From Iphione sp. A-MEVVRFRX5 (lineage: Eukaryota), in assembly GCA_976226885.1 (NCBI GenBank), contig OZ320313.1, positions 159,402,001 through 159,466,000 on the forward strand: a stretch of 64,000 nt of DNA, read 5' to 3'. A model generated the notes under the pieces. The model worked only from the letters and a program-made list of their open reading frames with translations. It searched no databases and was not told the origin of the DNA. Positions 55,901 to 64,000 of the stretch are shown piece by piece. The stretch's first letter is position 1. Every line of letters begins with the position of its first letter. The translations under genes were made by a program, and so were the position numbers.

Positions 55901-58049
55901 GTTTTAGTGTCTTCTTTTCACATTCAATATCAGTAAAGATCGGTCAGTAAGCTAGGTGATAGAGTTAGATCAGCTAGGGGGATGGCTTGGTGAATTCAAA
56001 ACTCGGAGGGATCGAAACATTGTTCGTTATAAAAAGACTTTGGTGTGAGAAAGCTAAAGCAAGGTTATGTTGTGGTCAAAAGGCATATTGCCCATAGTAT
56101 GTATTGAAATGTATATGATCACCGTACCATAATTGCCACACCGAAACTGAGACGTCAACATGTTGCCATAAAGTAAAAAAGGTTAGCTTTGATGTTTAAG
56201 TGGTAAAAATATCAGATTAACCATGATTTACCACTATGATAATGGTACAACTACACATTTAGTATTTGTCAGATGGATCTTGCTTGTTACCTTTTTTTGA
56301 TATACCTTGATGGCATCGCATTTTCTTTGCAGGACTGTCTTAGAATTCAGGACATATCTTTTGGACACAGTTCTGACTGGCCCCCTTCCCAAGATCAAAG
56401 AGACACTGAAAAAGGCCGCGTTTGCTGCCTCAGACTAGTATGTTCAGTATATAAGCTATCCCTTTGCCTCCATCTATTTTCCCCCTCAAACTATGCAAAG
56501 TTACTTCCTTCTGGACATGTGAGTACTGTGAGCAGAATATACTCAATAAGACACAGACACACCCCCCAGTGTACTATAAGGCCATGGTGAATCTAAAAAA
56601 CTCTTCAGGCTCAAACCTTAGTGGTGGACATGGTTTTACACCAGCACGTGTCACTAAAGGAGTCAACCTTACCTTGTTAACCGCATTTCCCTATCCAACA
56701 TCACAAATATCGATCCCCACTACTACCCTGCTATCAAAACTGTTTGATGTGGAATATTTTTCTTCATCAACAAGTCTCTACCTAATGTAGTAATATTTTT
56801 CTACTAAAATTTGTGGATTAGTTCTAGTGCTCTACGGCAGATAGTATGGCCCGTATCCTGCTTTTAGTTTTTGTTGTGCTCTACTGTTGAATGTCTGACC
56901 TGGATACTCCCTGGTGATTCACAAGAAGATCTTGATCTACCTGATAATAGTAGATGTTGGTAGATGACCCGATAGAGAGCCAGTTGGCTTTTGTTGTTAA
57001 TAGCTCAGACAAACGCAAAGAGAGACATAATATAGTATTTATACATCGAGTATTCACATTCATAGTCAGATGATCACTGCCAGCCAATCAGAAAACCCCT
57101 CCGATGTTACAGCAACATGAGTCAACCAAGTTGCACCAGCCTGTAATGTTACAGTCAAGGGAGCTCTGACCTTGAAAATTTCAAGGTCATTAACCCTCAA
57201 TATACCACTTATATATTCGAAATGAGATAATTGCCTATACAATAAATGCCCTATCCTTGATCACAATCCAATGGTTTGTTAAGGAAGAATGGTTTCTTTG
57301 TGTGAGATACAATGAACTTCTATAGTTAAAATACAAACTTGGCCAATTCGCAATAAATTATGCCTCGAACCATTTATCAAGACAGTAGCACCACTGCTAC
57401 TATTTCTCACAGCGTTTTATTCCTTCAATGAGACTTGCAGTACTTTATAAGGTTTTCTAAAGCCACATCTTTATATAAAATCAAATCTAATGAGATTGAC
57501 AGCACGATGCAAGTACGCAACAAAACTTACCTGGTGCATGGCAGAGAGTACATAAGCACACTAGTCCCAGGTAGAATGTCCAAGGTAGCCTCACAAACTG
57601 TAGACACATTGTGGTTATTATAGTTCAGCCAGGAGCCTGAGAATCATGAAGAGGTTTTTTTTTCATCAAATAGGCCTCTTTCAAAAAGGGGTATATCTTT
57701 TGTACAGGAAATGGGATAGCACCTGGCTCACAATTCCTCTGGTTGAGTATGTCTGTCGTTTACAGGTAGATCCCGGTGTCTGCGGTACAGAAGACTACTC
57801 TACCATCCTTTTCTCGTATTTGGAACATTCGAAATGTTGATGGACGGCGCGCACTGTCAGGCAGATAGATGGTAGATCCAGCAGTTGAGTGATCACTATC
57901 AGACCATATTAGTGACAACGTCAAGAAGTTAATGGCGAAATTTCCCTTCCAGCGATAAGGATGCGCCCGATGTAGAACGATACGAGTTCGAATACCTCAA
58001 GGGGGTCAAGCCGTGGTAATCGTCTAGAATTAAGTCACCGCTGATGTGT

Positions 58050-59470
58050 GCGATGTGCCCTTTGTAGGGAGCTGTGGAGGCCACACTGGTCGTTTTGATG
58101 ATGGGCGGTACTACAGTAGTCACTCAGCGCCTCAGCAGGTCAGTCCATTGGCCCATGCTCGCGTCGGTCTGTCATTGATAGGGCCGGCAGCTCTATGGCG
58201 TCGTGGACACGATGGGATGTTGACAGCGCGAGGCGTAGGCCCTCTCCAACACTGACGGTCCCGGTGGCGTGGTTTGCCTCGCCTTCCTTGGCTGTGTGCC
58301 CGAACTCGGCGGTTGTCGACTGTTGGGTGGGGGGCTGGGGGTGGGCGTTGGGTGGTGGAGGCTGTCAGCGTATCTCTGCTCTACGCTTGGCCACTGGCGT
58401 CAACAGGGCGCGTGGCGCTGCGGATGTCAGCGTACGTTCCTGACTCCTCCGCACCTAACGCCTTGTGTAGGAGTCGGGCACAATGCACCAAGGGCCCGCC
58501 TGTGCTGTGGGACCTTGCGGTGGGCGGAGTGCGGTGGGGGGGGGGGGTGTTCGAGGCTGACGACGTACCCTGTGATCTTGTCTAATGCCCCTCCTCCTCC
58601 TTCACCTCCTACTACCCGCTGTCAGCAGCTTCAGTCAGCTGTGACCACCGCGTGCCCTGCCAGGGAAGATGCTGATGCTGTTGTTGCCGCCCTGGGAGCA
58701 GCCAGTGGTCGGGGCGCAGCCGGGGGGGCTGTAGCTAGCACCCTCTTCTCCCCCATGGTGAGGATGAGGTGGATAATCCCATGTTCTATGAGCCACCGCC
58801 CCGTCAATTCATCCACACCACTGAGCAGCCGGTGTGTATACACACCGGGTGGAGCGCGATCCCTGCGCCGGCCTCTCTGAACGCTATTCCACACGTCCTC
58901 CAGTCAACCTCTACCTCCCTAGTACCTAGTGACGACAGAGGTAGCAGCAGCAATAGTATAGCTGCAGTGGGGCCCACATAAGACTTAATTCCACAGCACA
59001 ACTCCGCTAGGCGCTGTAGGACGCTCTAGCCTGGTCCCTGCACGGCGAGGCCCGTTCCGGGGCACGACCGACTCTCTCGCCGGGGGCCTCGCGGTCACTA
59101 CCTCCCGCCCATTCACGGTCGGCCCCGCTCAGATGAATCTAATCAGCAGATATCCTTTGTCGCCAATAGGACATCCGTTTTCCGAACGATCTGCTGCTTT
59201 AGGGTAGCAGGTCCTACGATACGGCTTCGAATGGCTGTGTGTGTGTTCCTGCGGCCGCCGTGTGGTATGGGATGGTACTGGCGCGCCTTGCCTTGTAATA
59301 TCAGTCAGCACTCTGCCATGCTGGTCAATAGCGGTTGCAGCAGTAGCGCAGCCGGCAGGCGGGCTCGCTCGCTGGCGGCAAGTGCAAGGAGCCACCGTGG
59401 CGCCCCCTTACGTGACTGGAACGAGCTGGCGTATTCTTCTCAGGCAAAAGGCCGGATAGGGCCGTGTTTT
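58050..59470. promoter_or_regulatory. Largest GC/CpG-rich island in the window
   Basis: About 1.4 kb of CpG-dense sequence with G-runs and a 20-bp palindrome. Overlapping ORFs in several frames lack recognisable domains. Confidence 0.55.
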
Positions 59471-61789
59471 GACCTTCTATTGTAATCTTTTCATTTCCAT
59501 GTCTGCTTGCTAGAATTATAGACGGAGAATGACTTTAAACCAAAGTCGGGCCAGACAGAAGATTACGGCTGACGATATATAGGGCGGAGATACGGGGCGG
59601 GCGAAAAGGTCATAAGGACTGCGTGTCCTTGTCAGCGCTGCGGCGACAACATGGCCTCTGCTTGTCAGATGCCAATGTCAAGTCATATTGGGAACGTTTG
59701 AATGTCCGGGCAGCATTTCGCCGTTAGTTTATATGTTAGAAAACAATGCGGGACAGCGGGCCTCTTAGTCCTACCAGTAGGAGTCGTGAGTGTGTAGATT
59801 GGCCATAAGTTGGTGCCTTAAAATATATTAGTGGAATTATAATTATCATGAAAGATCTTTTTTTCTTCATCCTTTCCAATAGAGAGCTCTAGACAAAATG
59901 AAAGTCTATGGCACTTGAACATTTTGCATGGTAGATTAATAGATCTTCGGTAATGTCTTTCTCTCGGAATAGTGGTCTCTGAAGGTCCGACCTGTTACCT
60001 GGCAATTCTTTGCAAAAGCATTTTACCATCAGGTTCTCGCATAAGTGTATGTTTGACCATACGTTTGTAGAGTAGTTGGAAACCGGCTGGGACCTTTCAA
60101 ACATAAGGATTTTTACCGTCCCAAGGTTCTTGCTCTTGCAAGTGACGTTTCATTCCATGGATTAAGCATAGCATCCTGGTAATTTTCTCAACTGAAAAAA
60201 GGAACCCTCTTGTCAAGTTGACGTGACTTCGGTCGGTGTTTAAGTGCCTGGCAGGAAAACCCACACTTGAACGGAGAACAATAGCCAAACCAACGCTCAA
60301 CAATCCCTTCTCAGTCTGAGTAGGGGGTAGATGGGTGTAAGGCTCTGGCAAGAGTAGGTGGTTCGTGTTTAAAGAGGCCACGCTCTCGACCTTTATCAGC
60401 ACGTGTCTTGCACAGTCTTGAGAGAAAAACCCCGATGCATTACGTTATTCCTCATTAATGTCAGACCACGTCACTTCACATGGCTCTTTGAGTCACTCTG
60501 CCAGGCGGTTCCTACAGCTCCTGCACTAGAACTTCCAGAGGTCCCTTCTTGTTACCTAATGGACTGTGGGAAGGCTGTCGCCTTCCACACGACCACATTG
60601 GCGGGGCGGGGGGGGCTCTCTACTTAAAGTAAGACACTCAAGATTTGGCGGGGTTTAAGCTGAAAACGTGACGGGGTGCGGTCTATGCAAGATCAAGCCT
60701 GCTCTTCCCTGTGGGAAACACTGCAATTAGTTTTGTTCTTGTTTTGGAATAAAGCGGTTATAGTCTAACGTGGGCAGTCTTGCATAATAGGGACAGTTTA
60801 GAGAATGTAAAGCAACATATTATACATTAAAATTCCTGGAGTACTGAGAAGAACATGTGCAGTACAACGCACATGGTAAATGTATATCGTCTCCGGGCAC
60901 CTAGTGTAGTACTTAATACCTTAATGAATGCGGGATTGAAAACACACTACATTGGGCATATAATTCGAAATACGTTTTCGCTTTCATGTCTGAAATATTG
61001 GCATGCGTCTGAGAAGAACAAAATGCTGTACACCCTCATAAGGCACTTAAAGACGTCCCTGCACATGTTCTCATAGCTAGATTGGTAGAAGTCACGTCAT
61101 GTTGAATGATCTAATATCAAAGCAACCTGCTAGATCGCAGGGGCACCGGGATTTACGTGGAGGCTTAACTTGAGTATGCTGATGCGCTGGCTGCTGTGAA
61201 TTCAAACGAGCGTAGCGACACCGGCAAGCAGGGCACAATGGATCGTAGCGGGGAGGACGACTGAAGGCCGGGGTCAAATTCGGCTTGGGCACAAAACATG
61301 TCCAATCGCGTGTCAATGGATATTTCCTCACGCGCAACCCGAATTCCGGTCTATTGGCACGCTCGAAAGGGACAATGATCAAGGCCACGCCCGAGGGTAG
61401 GGGCTCTTGTTTGGTTTGAAGGGTACAAAATGTTTTTTTCAGCTTACCTGACCGCCGTGGATCCATTGTGAAATTCTATGGGGGAAATGGGATGGAACTC
61501 CAGATCAAGGATACGACCACTAGTGATTTATGGTATCAGTACCAGTCACAGTAGACACTTGCAGGTGAAGTCGGTTTCACTTTCATTACGATGCACATGG
61601 ACATGTATTCGGCTGTATAAAATAATCGCAAAAGGGCGTTTTATGTATCTAAAAGCTGGACGTTATAATAGTCTACCAAGTTGTTCTGTCTCTTCACATA
61701 TTTATATCCCTGTCTCAATCCGCCTCCCCCCACTCTCTATTCCTACCTCACTCTGTCCTCGTCTGTCGCTCCCTCTCACTTTCTCTTTC

Positions 61790-61842
61790 TCTGTCTCTGT
61801 CTGTCTCTCTGTCTGTCTCTGTCTGTCTCTCTCTCTCTCTCC
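61790..61842. repeat. Compound (CTGT/CT)n microsatellite in a pyrimidine tract
   Basis: Read directly. Confidence 0.9.
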
Positions 61843-64000
61843 CCCCTACTCTTTTTCACTATCTCGTACCATTTCTCCAATTTTCTCTTCCTCTGTTAAG
61901 CTCTCTATTTTTCCCCGTCCCACCTCCCTCCATCTTTTTCTCTCTGAGACCGGTCCCGTGAGACACGTATAGTCTTACAGGATCAATATTTACTTCAATT
62001 CAAGATCAAATTACAGAATGAAATAGATATTAACAGCCCCTCCATTCTCTTTTTTCAAACATTTTCACTTGGCAGCATTTGATGTATGCGGTTCAGCAAC
62101 CAGGCGGAGAGATAAAACAGCGAGCTGATATACACCGAGTCCTATATTTGCCCGTCGAAGTGTCCACAAGGTACCTGCGTTTGCGGATATCACCCCCTTC
62201 CCCCGCCTCCGCCCCCACAAACCTAGGCGATTCAGACTGAAACCTACCCGAACGGCCACCGGCAACGTCAGTGAAATCATTGCAAGTCAGGTGCCGAAAA
62301 GCTGTTTACTCATCAAGCTTCTGTCAGAAAAGTAATTACAGGTCTCTGAAAACATCCTAATGAATTCGTTTTAAAGGGTCCAATATTTGATGCTAACATG
62401 TATTAACAACAGACTTTCTTTACGTGTGTTTCTTTACGTGTGTTCATCCATCCTGCCCAACCATTCATATACCAATCTTGTTCCATCCTGTGACCGGGTG
62501 CACTAGGCAAACAAGCGGAACTTAACTTTGACATTGAGCTTCGGTTGAGTAGTTTACCCCCGCATTGCTGCTAAATTAGAATTTCCAACTATCCCACAAA
62601 CACACATCCGACGGACATATTTGGTTAACCTTTGGTATGCACATTTATGAGGAAGCAGTGGGCTGTAGTGACAAGTACACTTGTCAGCAACTTGATAAGA
62701 GACTTACCGTGCTTTCAACTAGTATAGTCATCCTGATATAGTAGTTTGGATGTAGAAAAAATACGTAATGTTCAGCCATTAGTATATTTGAATTAATATA
62801 TTTGGTTACCGGAACAACATCGATTGAAGCAGAGGTTATTTGAGAGGAAGACTACAGTTACAAAATGACAAGTTACGGTTATAAATGTCTAAGCATTCAG
62901 GCTGACATGGAACAATATTTTATGACCAAAATGATGAGATTCATCAAGACAATACGCCACCATATTTTGTACACGGCATCTTATATAACCGTATTTGAAG
63001 GCTTCCTTACATGTGCCAATGCTGGCATCGCCCACACATGGGAGAAAGGTCCCCATATAACAACAAGTATCAATTATGCAACGTGGGAATCAATTCGAGG
63101 AGCCCAGACCTCTCAGCGGGCAGGTTTGGTCCGCCAACTATTGCCTAATCTCAAACATCTCCAGCAAATATTGAAGAACTGCAAATGTTAGAGATGGGGC
63201 CGAGCAATCAGGAGAGAAGGGTCCCATGCATTAAGTCCTGCTATGCCCCTCATTAAGAGACGGACTGATGTGGTCTTGTCTATTTAAGCACTCGACGACT
63301 TACAACAAGCTGGGGCCCAAGAGGTAATGGTGTTTCCTTTAGCTAAAGGGTGACAGGAGAAGAGGGGGGGGGGCACATCCATTATGATCCATCTAACAAA
63401 GTAGATATATATTTATATGTATGTATGAAATAAATATTATATTCATTCTATACATAAATGGTGATATAGACTTTGTCTACTAAGTGCTAGCCAAGTTATG
63501 TATTCTAGTTTGTAGAAATGTAAATGTGCCCTAAAATGTGTCTAATAAGGACACCCTTCGTTCTATCACAAACTGTCGCTTCAAACTTATAACAAAATTA
63601 TCTGTCTTTCAAGTAGCCTGATTGAGGCAGATGTTTGTTCTAATTTACATTTTATTTTATAATTATTCTGTAAATATCTTCAGAATGGATTAAGCTCCAG
63701 AATCATCCAATATAGCATTCATGGTTTATACCATTAACTTTCATATGATTCAGGCTCATTTAAAGAGTAGAAGTGATATTGCTACGTGCATTTGTAGCTT
63801 TCAGTATCAATTAATCATGGAAAGAAAGGCAAAATAAAAAAAACCCCACCAACTGACCCTATATTTATTCAACATGTTACAGGAAACACAGCTTATTCTG
63901 TCAGGCCTTATTGAGATGTGTCCTTTCTTTTTAGACTTAGGAAATAGATTAATCTTTTCCCCGAAAAGTCCATGTCCCAGGCATGTCCTTAAGGTAGCTT

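Noticed and set aside
57522-57535. ACTTACCTGG resembling the U1 snRNA 5' end
   Set aside because: The rest of U1 is absent; it is simply a minus-strand 5' splice consensus.
58567-58575. miR-10 seed match (TACCCTGT), also ACAGGGTA near 9318
   Set aside because: An 8-mer frequency like this is expected by chance, and there is no miR-10 hairpin.
58269-58880. Longest ORF (203 aa) and the other 60-170 aa ORFs in the track
   Set aside because: Low complexity, overlapping in several frames in GC-rich DNA, with no recognisable domains; consistent with chance ORFs.
62865-63191. NAGIAHT...ILKNCKC resembling a BEL/Pao integrase zinc-binding motif
   Set aside because: Motif spacing is wrong, and no DDE core or LTR was seen.

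Overview
This window is eukaryotic, essentially non-coding animal DNA. No ORF in the track resembles a known intact protein, and I found no homeobox, tRNA, rRNA or CRISPR array. The composition suggests a lancelet (Branchiostoma-like) or similar marine invertebrate genome: AT-rich spacers, little obvious CpG depletion, and at least 16 copies of the palindrome TACATGTA. This assignment is inference only. AT-rich spacers alternate with GC/CpG-rich islands carrying G/C homopolymer runs and transcription-factor motifs, which looks like a gene desert or very large intron of a developmental locus. Recognisable mobile DNA is sparse: a 5'-truncated, decayed CR1/L2-group LINE (~1.9-2.6 kb, minus strand), a Penelope-like terminus with a mutated hammerhead core (~20.8 kb) and a probable retroposon 3' tail (~36.7 kb). 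The most notable observations are a 15/15-nt match to miR-7 positions 2-16 at 26067-26081, a perfect DR5 retinoic-acid response element about 300 bp away, a perfect DR4, several CTCF-like motifs, an NRF1/X-box/YY1 promoter followed by a reading frame broken by one stop, and several candidate microexons. All motif calls are by eye and need conservation or expression data.
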